Of a stretch of DNA of 64,000 nt, positions 26,589 through 35,442 are shown one piece after another (position 1 is the first letter of the stretch; each line of letters begins with the position of its first letter). The stretch covers positions 46,664 through 110,663 of the forward strand of contig JANXBJ010000007.1 in assembly GCA_025057645.1 (NCBI GenBank), given 5' to 3'. A program made the position numbers and the translations under genes. The notes under the pieces were generated by a model, which saw only the letters and a program-made list of their open reading frames with translations, did no database searches and had not been told where the DNA came from. Origin of the DNA: Anaerolineales bacterium (GTDB lineage Bacteria; Chloroflexota; Anaerolineae; Anaerolineales; UBA4823).

Positions 26589-26701
26589 AGGTTAAGTCAA
26601 GTCCCCAAGTCGGGTGGGTTCTCACCTATAGGTCGTCACGTGTAAGCCTTGGGTTCTCTCGAAACCTAAGAATTCAGGCAATTACTACGCAGCAAAGAAA
26701 G

Positions 26702-27454
26702 ATGGACATCCAGGGTAAGACAGCCCTCATCACAGGCGGAGCCCAGCGAGTGGGCAGAGCCCTTACTCTGGCCCTCGCCCGCGCAGGGGCCAACGTTGTG
26801 ATCAACTACCATAACTCAAAGGAAGCAGCTCTAGCAACTGCTCAAGAGGCCTCCACATTCGGAGTGCAGACGCTTGCCATTGGTGCGGATATCTCGGACC
26901 ACCGACAAGTGCTGCGCATGGCCGAAGAGGTGTCCGAACGCTTCGGCGGGGTCGAAGTTCTTGTGAACAGCGCTTCGATCTTCAAAGCCACCCCCTTCCC
27001 CAATCCCGACATTACTGATTGGTTGCGAGTCACCGGAGTCCTGATCAACGGCGCTTATTATTGTGCCAACGCTTTTGCGCCCTATATGCTCCAAAAAGGA
27101 GAGGGGGTGATTATCAACATTGTGGATCTGTCCGCTTGGGAGCCTTGGCCCGACTTTTCTGCCCACAGCGTAGGAAAAGCAGCGCTCTTGGCCTTGACAC
27201 GGCAGCTTGCCTTGGAGTTGGCTCCTAAGGTGCGGGTCAACGCCATTGCCCCGGGGCCGGTACTGCCGCCTTTGAATTATTCTCCAGAACGAATTGCCCG
27301 CACGGCCGAGAAGACGCTCCTCGGTCGTTGGGGCAGTCCCGAAGATGTGTGCAAGGCGTTGCTTTTCCTGATAGAATCAGACTACATTACCGGTCAGGCC
27401 ATCATCGTAGATGGCGGTGAGTTCTACGGTCATCGCAAACTTGAACCCGCCTAG
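26702..27454 (+). CDS. SDR oxidoreductase, FolM/PTR1 (pteridine reductase)-like
   Basis: ITGGAQRVGRA cofactor loop, NIVD (Asp at the usual Ser position, as in PTR1/FolM), VRVNAIAPG. His replaces Tyr in the YxxxK position (HSVGK). Confidence 0.65.
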   Translation: MDIQGKTALITGGAQRVGRALTLALARAGANVVINYHNSKEAALATAQEASTFGVQTLAIGADISDHRQVLRMAEEVSERFGGVEVLVNSASIFKATPFPNPDITDWLRVTGVLINGAYYCANAFAPYMLQKGEGVIINIVDLSAWEPWPDFSAHSVGKAALLALTRQLALELAPKVRVNAIAPGPVLPPLNYSPERIARTAEKTLLGRWGSPEDVCKALLFLIESDYITGQAIIVDGGEFYGHRKLEPA

Positions 27455-27463
27455 GAGCAAAGA

Positions 27464-28252
27464 ATGACCCTTGAAAGAAGACTCAGCCGAATTTTCCGCC
27501 AAGATGGCCGAGCTCTGATCGTAGCAATTGACCACGGCCTGATTGACGGTCCCACCAAGGGTTTAGAACAACCCGCCGAAACCATCCGCAAAATTATCGC
27601 TGGAGGAGCCGATGCGGTACTGACCTCCTATGGCTTGGCGCGGCGTTTCGCCAGAGAACTGGGCCCACTTGGGCTGATACTGCGCGCTGACGGGGCTGCG
27701 ACCAAACTAGGTGATAAAGAGCAGCCTACACCGCTCTTCTTTAATGTCGAAGAGGCACTGCGTCTTGGCGCTGACGCAATCGCTGTTTCGGGCTATCCCG
27801 GCTCACAGCGCGAAATTTCTTCTCTTGAGAACATTGCTCGAGCCGTCCAGAAGGCTCACGCCTGGGGAGTAGCGGTTCTTGCCGAGATGGTACCGGGAGG
27901 GTTTGACAGCGGGCCAGAGTTCCGCACCACCGAAAACATCGCCTTGGCAGCTCGCTTGGGAGCCGAACTCGGCGCCGACTTCATCAAGACCCCCTATGCC
28001 GAGAATTTCTCTCAGGTAACCCAGTCAGTTTTTGTTCCGGTTGTCATTCTGGGCGGAGCAAAGCGCGGCAAGGAACAGGAGATGCTTTCCGAGATTAAGC
28101 AAGCTGTCGATTGCGGCGCAGCAGGCGTGGCTATCGGGCGCAACATCTTTCAGGCTGAGGATCCGCGCGCCATGACCGCCGCTATCGCGGCCATCCTGCA
28201 CACGGGAGCCAGCGTAGAAGAGGCCTTGCACATTCTCCAAGGCGCAAAATGA
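27464..28252 (+). CDS. DhnA/LsrF-type class I aldolase family protein
   Basis: 262 aa. The IVAIDHG N-terminal strand and the GADFIKTPY Schiff-base lysine region are typical of DhnA-type aldolases. Confidence 0.75.
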   Translation: MTLERRLSRIFRQDGRALIVAIDHGLIDGPTKGLEQPAETIRKIIAGGADAVLTSYGLARRFARELGPLGLILRADGAATKLGDKEQPTPLFFNVEEALRLGADAIAVSGYPGSQREISSLENIARAVQKAHAWGVAVLAEMVPGGFDSGPEFRTTENIALAARLGAELGADFIKTPYAENFSQVTQSVFVPVVILGGAKRGKEQEMLSEIKQAVDCGAAGVAIGRNIFQAEDPRAMTAAIAAILHTGASVEEALHILQGAK

Positions 28253-28260
28253 GGTAAGTC

Positions 28261-28288
28261 CTGACCGCTTCGGGAGGGAAGTGGTCAG
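28261..28288 (+). terminator. Stem-loop after the aldolase gene (possible terminator or attenuator)
   Basis: ctgaccgcttc pairs with gaagtggtcag (11 bp, one G-U) around a 6-nt loop. A moderately T-rich tract follows after a few nt. Confidence 0.4.
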
Positions 28289-28409
28289 AGCGAGATCTTC
28301 TTGTAAGGAGGTGGTGGACAAGAGAAAGAAATGGAGAAAATAGCTGCGTCTCTTTTCAAAACTCCGTCTCTGTTGGAAGCCAATCCCGTGAATAGAAAGG
28401 AGAGGTAAC

Positions 28410-29549
28410 ATGAAACCGCGCTTTCTGATCGTCCTGCTTTCCGCAATCGCCCTTCTACTGCTCGTCCTGTCCGCCTGCCAGCAGCCACCGGCTACTCCGG
28501 AGAAGGTCATCGAGACCGTCACGGTGGTCGAAACAGTGATGGTTGAACCCGAAAAAGTGGTCGAGACGGTGGTGGTTGAAAAGCCGGCCGAGGACCCCTT
28601 AGCTGCGGCCCGAGAGTTTTTGAAAGGCAAGAAAATCTGCGCCGTCCTACCGGGGCCGGTGAATGACGCAGGCTGGACGACAACGGCTTACAATGCCCTA
28701 GTCAATCTGCGCGACAACTGGGGCATGGAGATCGCCTACCGCGAGGAGACCAAGGTTGAAGAAGCCGAAGCGGTTCTGCGGGAATTTGCTGAGGCAGGCT
28801 GTCATATTGTCTATGCCCATGGCTTTGAATACTTCGATGCCATCAACGCCGTTGCGAAAGAGTATCCGGAGATTCAGTTCCTACAAACCAGCCGCTGCAC
28901 CGGGCAAGAGCCTAATGTGGTCGGGGTTTGCTTTTCCACCGGCGAAGGTGGCTATTTTGTCGGGCTCAAAATGGCGGCTCTGACCAAAACCGGCAAGACG
29001 GCTTTCGTGGTCGGTCAGTCCTTCCCGCAAATCGAATGGTCGGTAGAAATGGCCCGTCAAGCTTTCAAGGATTCAGGCAAGGAAGGACAGGTCGATCTGG
29101 TTGCTGTCGGCTCCTGGAATGATCCAGCCAAGGCGAAGGAACTGACCAAGGCCCTAGTCGAACAGGGGTACGACGTGTTTGTTCTGCTGGCCGATGCCGG
29201 CGACATTGGAACAGTTGAGGCTCTGAAAGAAGCCCGCGAAGCAGGCAAAGAAGTGTGGGGCATCTCCTGGGTGAAGGACAAGAACTACCTCGCACCGAGT
29301 ATCGTGCTTGGCGGTTGGGAGGAAAGAGTCTGGAAACAAATTGAGAATGCCGCCGTTGCCTATGCTCAAAACGGCAAACCCCTGGGCAAAGGTATGCCTC
29401 AGGGTGTGGTAGATGAGGTCGTAACCTTGAATCCTTCTTATGGCCTCTTGCCGGAAGATGTCGAGAAACAAATCTTTGACCTATTCAATCGTTACAAGCA
29501 AGAAGGCCAGAAGGTAATCCCCAATTTGGTGGTTCGCACCGATCTCTAA
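28410..29549 (+). CDS. BMP-family ABC substrate-binding lipoprotein (second copy)
   Basis: Lipobox LVLSAC, a V/E/T-rich repeat tether, then a BMP core (ICAVLPGPVNDAGWTTTAY...). Confidence 0.85.
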   Translation: MKPRFLIVLLSAIALLLLVLSACQQPPATPEKVIETVTVVETVMVEPEKVVETVVVEKPAEDPLAAAREFLKGKKICAVLPGPVNDAGWTTTAYNALVNLRDNWGMEIAYREETKVEEAEAVLREFAEAGCHIVYAHGFEYFDAINAVAKEYPEIQFLQTSRCTGQEPNVVGVCFSTGEGGYFVGLKMAALTKTGKTAFVVGQSFPQIEWSVEMARQAFKDSGKEGQVDLVAVGSWNDPAKAKELTKALVEQGYDVFVLLADAGDIGTVEALKEAREAGKEVWGISWVKDKNYLAPSIVLGGWEERVWKQIENAAVAYAQNGKPLGKGMPQGVVDEVVTLNPSYGLLPEDVEKQIFDLFNRYKQEGQKVIPNLVVRTDL

Positions 29550-29567
29550 ACACAACCCTTCGACAAA

Positions 29568-29604
29568 AGTCAGGTGTTCCCTTGCTTACAGGGAACACCT
29601 GACT
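29568..29604 (+). promoter_or_regulatory. Intercistronic 15-bp perfect stem-loop after the binding-protein gene
   Basis: agtcaggtgttccct / agggaacacctgact with the 7-nt loop tgcttac. It is followed by ctcttcc (weak U tract). Confidence 0.6.
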
Positions 29605-29647
29605 CTCTTCCCTAATTACAAGAGAATACGTTGTCCTCGGAGACCAA

Positions 29648-31219
29648 ATGAGTGAACTGTTACGCCTTGAAAAGATGCGCAAGACCTTCCCGGGGGTATT
29701 GGCGAATGATGATATTGATCTCAGCATTGAACAGGGAGAAATCCATGCGCTGCTGGGAGAAAACGGCGCCGGCAAAACGACCTTGATGAACTGTGTATAC
29801 GGGGTCTACCGCCCCGACCGAGGCAGGATTTTTTGGAAAGGGAAGGAAGTGACGATTCACCAAGCGCGAGATGCGATCGCCCTGGGCATTGGGATGGTTC
29901 ATCAACATTTTATGCTCGTCCCTCCCCTAACTGTCGCTGAGAATGTGATCTTGGGCTTGCCTTCCCCGCGCGAACCCCTGTTGGACATAAAGGCAGTTGA
30001 GAAGGAAGTCGAGGAACTCAGTCAGAGATATGGCTTAGCCGTCAACCCAAGCGCACAAATTTGGCAGTTGCCTGTCGGCGTACAGCAACGAGTGGAAATC
30101 CTCAAGGCTTTGTACCGCAAGGCCGAATTGCTGATCCTGGACGAGCCCACCGCCGTTCTCACGCCGATCGAGGTCGACGAACTCTTTGCAGTGCTCAAAT
30201 CCCTTAAGGAAAAAGGGATTTCGGTGATCTTTATCTCCCATAAGCTGGAAGAGGTGATGAAGATCTGTGACCGAATTACCGTACTTAGAGACGGGCGCAA
30301 AATCGCAACTCTTAAGACCACCGAAACCACTCCGCGCGAGCTGGCAAAGATGATGGTGGGACGAGAGGTGTTTCTCAAAATCGACAAACCGCCCCTGAAG
30401 CCCGGCGAGATCGTCCTAAAAGTCGAAGCGCTCTCGGCAAAAGACAACCGCGGGTTACCGGCGGTGCGCAACGTAAGCTTCGAGGTGAGGCGCTATGAAA
30501 TCCTCGGCATCGCCGGAGTGGACGGCAACGGACAGGCGGAATTAGCCGATGTTTTATCCGGCATGCGTAGAGCCTCGAGCGGCAGAGTGGAAATTCTGGG
30601 CAAGGACGTGACTGACTGCACTCCCCTAGAGATCATCAATCACGGGGTAGCCTATATTCCCCCAGACCGCCAGCATACAGGACTTATTCTGGATTTCACC
30701 GTAGCAGAGAACTTAGTCGGAAAATCCTTTTTCAAATCGCCGCTTTCCAAATGGGGAATCCTACGCCGAGAGAGCATTGAGGAATTTGCTCAGCAAGCGA
30801 TTCAGGAATATGGAATCCGCACACCCGGTGCTCAGGTCAAAGCTAAGCTCCTTTCGGGAGGCAACCAGCAAAAGGTCGTTTTGGCACGCGAGCTAAGCGG
30901 AAATCCCGATCTGATTATCGCTTCTCAACCTACGCGCGGCTTGGACGTGGGAGCAACCGAGTACGTGCGAACAAAGATGGTAGAAGCACGTAACCGAGGC
31001 GCAGCCATTCTGCTCATTTCCACCGAACTCGAAGAAGTCTTGACTCTCTCCGATCGCATCGCCGTTATGTACGGAGGAGAAATTGTCGGAATTGTCCCTG
31101 CTGATCAAGCGGACATCCATGAAATCGGCGAGATGATGGCCGGGACGAAAAGGTTGGTTGACGGTACCCTCACTCTTAAAATCCAAGAGACCGAGAAAGC
31201 CTATGAATCGTCCGATTAG
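29648..31219 (+). CDS. ABC transporter ATP-binding protein with duplicated ATPase domains
   Basis: GENGAGKTT, LPVGVQQRVEI, LLILDEPT, and a second signature LSGGNQQKVVL. It is a paralogue of 2830-4359. Confidence 0.9.
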   Translation: MSELLRLEKMRKTFPGVLANDDIDLSIEQGEIHALLGENGAGKTTLMNCVYGVYRPDRGRIFWKGKEVTIHQARDAIALGIGMVHQHFMLVPPLTVAENVILGLPSPREPLLDIKAVEKEVEELSQRYGLAVNPSAQIWQLPVGVQQRVEILKALYRKAELLILDEPTAVLTPIEVDELFAVLKSLKEKGISVIFISHKLEEVMKICDRITVLRDGRKIATLKTTETTPRELAKMMVGREVFLKIDKPPLKPGEIVLKVEALSAKDNRGLPAVRNVSFEVRRYEILGIAGVDGNGQAELADVLSGMRRASSGRVEILGKDVTDCTPLEIINHGVAYIPPDRQHTGLILDFTVAENLVGKSFFKSPLSKWGILRRESIEEFAQQAIQEYGIRTPGAQVKAKLLSGGNQQKVVLARELSGNPDLIIASQPTRGLDVGATEYVRTKMVEARNRGAAILLISTELEEVLTLSDRIAVMYGGEIVGIVPADQADIHEIGEMMAGTKRLVDGTLTLKIQETEKAYESSD

Positions 31220-32471
31220 GTTGAAGTTCTTCTGGCAAGAGTACCTAGAGCGCTCTTTTAGCCTTACCATCCCTCTTGCGGCTATTTTGGCAGCGTTCGC
31301 CCTCAGCGGCCTCCTGATTTTAGCTTGGGGCAGCAGTCCACTCGAGGCTTATGTTGCTCTCTTTAGTGGCGCCTTTGGCAGTCCGAGTGCAATTGCGACC
31401 ACGCTACAACGCTTGACCCCTTTGGTTTTTACAGGGCTTGCCGTTACATATGGGTATCGCGGTGGGTTTTTCAACATCGGCGCCGAAGGCCAACTTTACA
31501 TGGGGGCCATAGCCGCAGTTTGGGTTGCAATCACCTTCCCCGATTGGCCGAGCTGGTTGTTAGTGCCCTCTTGTATCCTCGCCTCAGCGCTGATGGGAAT
31601 GGTCTGGGTTATCCTTCCAGCACTGCTCAAAGCGCGCCGAGGAATCAACGAAGTCTTATCTACCCTGCTGATGAACTATATCGCCATTCAATACTTCGAG
31701 TGGGTCATCCGGGTCGACCACGCTATGAGAGATTTTACGCCGCCCGGTGGCCTAGGATGGGCTTTCTACAACTGGCTAGGTCTCAAAGACCCCACCCAAC
31801 CCCATCCAAAGTCCCCCTTTCTGGTGGAAGCAGCGCACCTGCCTACTCTCAAATCGATTCTAGAGACTCCCTTGCTGCAAGGATGGCTCGGAGGAAGCGA
31901 GTGGTATCAACAACTTCTGAGCGTGACTGCACTGGGGCGCATCTCTCTGGCGCCCTTCCTAGGTTTGTTTGCCGCCCTGTTTATCTATTTCCTCATGTTC
32001 CGCACCGTTACAGGGTATCGGGCTCGAGCGGTTGGCATCAACCCTGAGGCAGCCAAGTTTATGGGGATCAATGTCCCACGGACACTGTTCACCACAGCGT
32101 TGGTCAGCGGCGCCCTGGCGGGGCTTGCTGGCGGGATGGAAGTGCTGGGCACCCAACATCGCGTGATCCCAAACTTTCTGGTCAACGCCGGCTTTGACGG
32201 AATACCAGTGGCCCTGATCGGACAACTCAACCCCCTGGCTGTGCTGCTAAGCGCCACTTTCTTTGGAGCCCTGCGCGCCGGAGCAAACAAAATGCAGGTT
32301 GTCTCTTCCGTTCCTGTTGCTGTGGTTTATGTCATCCAAGCCCTTGCTATTATGTTTGCAATCGCAGGGACGACAATCGATATCGGGTTGGCTCTCCGCA
32401 AGCGCCGAGTTGCCCAAATGCGCCGCGAACAAGAAACCCTCGAAGTGGAAAGCGAGGCCGCCAATGCTTGA
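31203..32471 (+). CDS. ABC transporter permease
   Basis: Polytopic ORF. The start is trimmed to ATG 31203, which overlaps the end of the ATPase gene. Confidence 0.8.
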   Translation: MNRPIRLKFFWQEYLERSFSLTIPLAAILAAFALSGLLILAWGSSPLEAYVALFSGAFGSPSAIATTLQRLTPLVFTGLAVTYGYRGGFFNIGAEGQLYMGAIAAVWVAITFPDWPSWLLVPSCILASALMGMVWVILPALLKARRGINEVLSTLLMNYIAIQYFEWVIRVDHAMRDFTPPGGLGWAFYNWLGLKDPTQPHPKSPFLVEAAHLPTLKSILETPLLQGWLGGSEWYQQLLSVTALGRISLAPFLGLFAALFIYFLMFRTVTGYRARAVGINPEAAKFMGINVPRTLFTTALVSGALAGLAGGMEVLGTQHRVIPNFLVNAGFDGIPVALIGQLNPLAVLLSATFFGALRAGANKMQVVSSVPVAVVYVIQALAIMFAIAGTTIDIGLALRKRRVAQMRREQETLEVESEAANA

Positions 32472-33420
32472 CCAACTTCTGTCGATTTTTGCGAATGTCG
32501 AATTCTATGCCGCCATCATACGAATGACTACCCCCTTGCTGCTCGCCGCAATGGGAAGCCTGCTCGCCGAGAAGGCCGGCGTGGTTACCTTCAGCATGGA
32601 AGGAATGATGCTAATGGGGGCGGTCGGGGGAATCATCGGTAGCGGTGTGACCGGGAATGTATGGATGGGCGTTCTGTTGGCGATCCTTTTCGGCATATCT
32701 GTAGGGTTGATCTACGCCATTATGGCCGTCTCTGTTGGTGCTCATCAGATTGTCACCAGCGTTGGCTTGAATCTCGGCGCCCTAGGACTTTCCGCCGTCC
32801 TCTACCCCTTAGTCTTCAAACGGGGTGAGGAGGTCATTCAAACGGTCATTCGAGTGCCCTCTATGCCCCTCCTCAAGATCCCCATCTTGGGGGATATCCC
32901 GTTTGTCGGGAACGTCTTTTTCAACCATCTCCCGCCCGTATACATCGGCTATCTTCTCGCCCCGGTAGTGTGGTTTATCCTCTACCGCACTTCTTGGGGT
33001 CTGAAAGTTCGCGCTGTGGGTGAACATCCCCATGCCGCCGACACAGTCGGGATCAGTGTGGCCAAAGTACGCTACGCAACGATCTTGTTTGCCGGAGCCT
33101 GCAGCGGCTTAGCCGGGGCCTTTTTATCCATCGGCTTGCTCGGCTCATACATGGAAAACATGACCGCTGGGCGGGGCTTTATCGCTTACACCGCAATTGT
33201 CTTTGGGAAGTGGGAACCAACCGGAGTGCTCCTAGGCACCTTGTTGTTCGGCATGGCAGACGCCTTGCAGTTACGCATTCAAGCCCTGGGTATCGGCATT
33301 CCCTATCAATTCCTCGTTATGTTTCCCTATGTAGTCACCATGATTGCTTTGATCTCCTTGGTAGGAAAGGCCAGTTGGCCGGCCTCTTATGGAAGTCCTT
33401 TTCGCCGAGAGGCTGGATAG
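32464..33420 (+). CDS. ABC transporter permease (second subunit)
   Basis: The start is trimmed to ATG 32464, which overlaps the upstream TGA (32469-32471). MLDQLLSIFANVEFYAAIIRMTTPLL is a typical permease N-terminus. Confidence 0.8.
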   Translation: MLDQLLSIFANVEFYAAIIRMTTPLLLAAMGSLLAEKAGVVTFSMEGMMLMGAVGGIIGSGVTGNVWMGVLLAILFGISVGLIYAIMAVSVGAHQIVTSVGLNLGALGLSAVLYPLVFKRGEEVIQTVIRVPSMPLLKIPILGDIPFVGNVFFNHLPPVYIGYLLAPVVWFILYRTSWGLKVRAVGEHPHAADTVGISVAKVRYATILFAGACSGLAGAFLSIGLLGSYMENMTAGRGFIAYTAIVFGKWEPTGVLLGTLLFGMADALQLRIQALGIGIPYQFLVMFPYVVTMIALISLVGKASWPASYGSPFRREAG

Positions 33421-33455
33421 AGCTTGTTTTCAATGCATTACTCGGAGGCATTGCA

Positions 33456-34241
33456 ATGGAACTAAAACGATTCACTGGCCAAGTGGCGGTAGTTACGGGA
33501 GCAGCTAAAGGAATAGGAAAAGCAGCCGCTATTCGCTTCGCCGAAGAAGGAGCGAATGTGGCCTGCTTGGACGTTGACGATCCGGCCAACGAAGATACAG
33601 CAGCTTCGCTGCGCCAGTACGGTATAGAGTCAATTGCCGTTCACTGCAATGTAGCCGATCCGGAGAACGTCTCGACAGCTATCTGCTTGGTTGTGGAAAA
33701 GTGGGGACGAATCGATATTTTAGTTGCGGCTGCGGGAATCTACACCGGGGCCCCGCTCAACGAAGTAACTCTGCAACAGTGGCAGCGCACGATTGACATC
33801 AACCTCACCGGCGTCTTTCTTTGCAATCAGGCCGTAGCTCCGATCATGATTCAACAACGCTCCGGGAGCATCATCAACATCTCCTCCATGGCCGGCAAAA
33901 CAAGCTGGCCTGGAACCATGGAATATTCTGCATCCAAAAGCGGGGTGATCGGACTGACGCGCTCGGTTGCCATGGAGTTAGCTCCCTATGGCATCACCGT
34001 GAACGCAGTTTGCCCAGGCAATACTCTCACCGAAATGGTGCGGGGAGTTGCGGAAAAGGTCGGCCCTCGGGAGGGAATGACGCCTGAGGAATGGTTAAGA
34101 AAGCGCGCCGAAGACTGTCCGATGAAACGTATCGCTGAACCTTGGGAAATCGCCGGCGTGATCGCCTTCCTAGCTTCAAAAGACTCTCGCTATATCACCG
34201 GGCAAGCCATCGAGGTGGACGGCGGAATGGTGCTTTGTTGA
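33456..34241 (+). CDS. Classical SDR oxidoreductase (3-oxoacyl-ACP reductase-like)
   Basis: TGAAKGIGKA, NISS and YSASKSG (YxxxK) motifs. The start is trimmed to ATG 33456, preceded by GGAGG. Confidence 0.85.
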   Translation: MELKRFTGQVAVVTGAAKGIGKAAAIRFAEEGANVACLDVDDPANEDTAASLRQYGIESIAVHCNVADPENVSTAICLVVEKWGRIDILVAAAGIYTGAPLNEVTLQQWQRTIDINLTGVFLCNQAVAPIMIQQRSGSIINISSMAGKTSWPGTMEYSASKSGVIGLTRSVAMELAPYGITVNAVCPGNTLTEMVRGVAEKVGPREGMTPEEWLRKRAEDCPMKRIAEPWEIAGVIAFLASKDSRYITGQAIEVDGGMVLC

Positions 34242-34263
34242 ACATAAACATAAACATAAAAGG

Positions 34264-35310
34264 TTGGATCTTATGCAGACACACACCGTAATCATCCCCG
34301 AACCGCGCAAAGTTGAAATTCGCAAAGTGGAACTCCCCCCTTTGGAGCCTCGTCAGGTTCTGGTCAAAGTCAAGAGCTGCGCCCTGTGCACTTGGGAGCA
34401 GCGCTTTTACCTAGGCGCATCACCACAATCCTATCCTTTTCGTGGAGGCCACGAAGTCTCCGGTGAAGTGGTGGAAATCGGCCGGGAGGCGGTACCCACA
34501 GCCCAGGTAGGGGATCGAGTGGCGCTGGCGATCATGACGCGCTGCGGCGCCTGCGAGAGTTGCCGTCGTGGTATGGACAATTTTTGCGAAATGGACTCTC
34601 ATGGGAACGAGCCCGGACAACCATGGGGACCTGGGGGCTTGAGTGAGTATGTGATCCTCGAAGATTATCAGGTGTACAAAGCCCATTCCCAAGCAGACCT
34701 CAATCACCTGGCTTTGTCCGAGCCCGTTGCCTGTGTGATCCGCAGTGTGTCTCTACCCCCTCTCGAGGGAGGGGATGCGGTGCTCGTGCAGGGGGCAGGA
34801 CTAATGGGGCTTATCCACGTGCTCCTTCTCAAGCGGCGCGGGATGAAAGTGATGGTAACCGAGCCGGATGAAAGGCGTCGTCAAAGGGCTGCGGAGCTCG
34901 GAGCGGATTTAGCCATAGACCCCAACGATCTCGCGTTCGGGGAAAGGATCGCCAGCTTTTGCGAAAAGGGCAAGTTCCGCGCAGTCTTTTTCACTGCAGG
35001 CGGTATCCCGGCAATCCGCCAGGCTCTCTCATTGCTGGACAAGGGAGCGTGGCTCTGTCTTTACGGCTCGGTGCACCCAAAGGGAACGCTAGAAATCGAC
35101 CCCAACGAGATTCACTACAACGAATGGGTGTTGACGGGCACTTATTCCCACACTAAGAAAAGCTTCCGTCAAGCCGTAGCGATGATCTCCGAAGGGTTGA
35201 TCGATCTGTCGCCTTTTATCAGTGAGCGAGTGGAGTTTCCGAAGGTGGACTACGCCTTCGAACGAGCCATCAGCCCCGATACCTACCGGGTAGTGGTCAC
35301 CTTTCCCTAG
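34264..35310 (+). CDS. Zinc-dependent medium-chain alcohol/polyol dehydrogenase
   Basis: GHEVSGEVVEIG catalytic-Zn motif, CGACESCRRGMDNFC structural-Zn motif and a GAGLMGL Rossmann loop. The alternative start is ATG 34273. Confidence 0.85.
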   Translation: MDLMQTHTVIIPEPRKVEIRKVELPPLEPRQVLVKVKSCALCTWEQRFYLGASPQSYPFRGGHEVSGEVVEIGREAVPTAQVGDRVALAIMTRCGACESCRRGMDNFCEMDSHGNEPGQPWGPGGLSEYVILEDYQVYKAHSQADLNHLALSEPVACVIRSVSLPPLEGGDAVLVQGAGLMGLIHVLLLKRRGMKVMVTEPDERRRQRAAELGADLAIDPNDLAFGERIASFCEKGKFRAVFFTAGGIPAIRQALSLLDKGAWLCLYGSVHPKGTLEIDPNEIHYNEWVLTGTYSHTKKSFRQAVAMISEGLIDLSPFISERVEFPKVDYAFERAISPDTYRVVVTFP

Positions 35311-35442
35311 GCGGCACAAGTTCGGGTTCAGTTCACCTCGGTAACGAGCGCTCTCCAACGCAAAGCGGACTCTTTTCAAGCCCGACTTAACTCAGAGAAA
35401 TTTTCTACCTTTCATTTGACTTGGCGAAGAAGGTGTATTTCG

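Noticed and set aside
34242-34259. Tandem hexamer (ACATAA)x3 between the SDR and Zn-ADH genes.
   Set aside because: It is a very short, AT-rich spacer directly upstream of the start region. It is most simply a chance microsatellite or part of the ribosome-loading region, and nothing else in the window repeats it.
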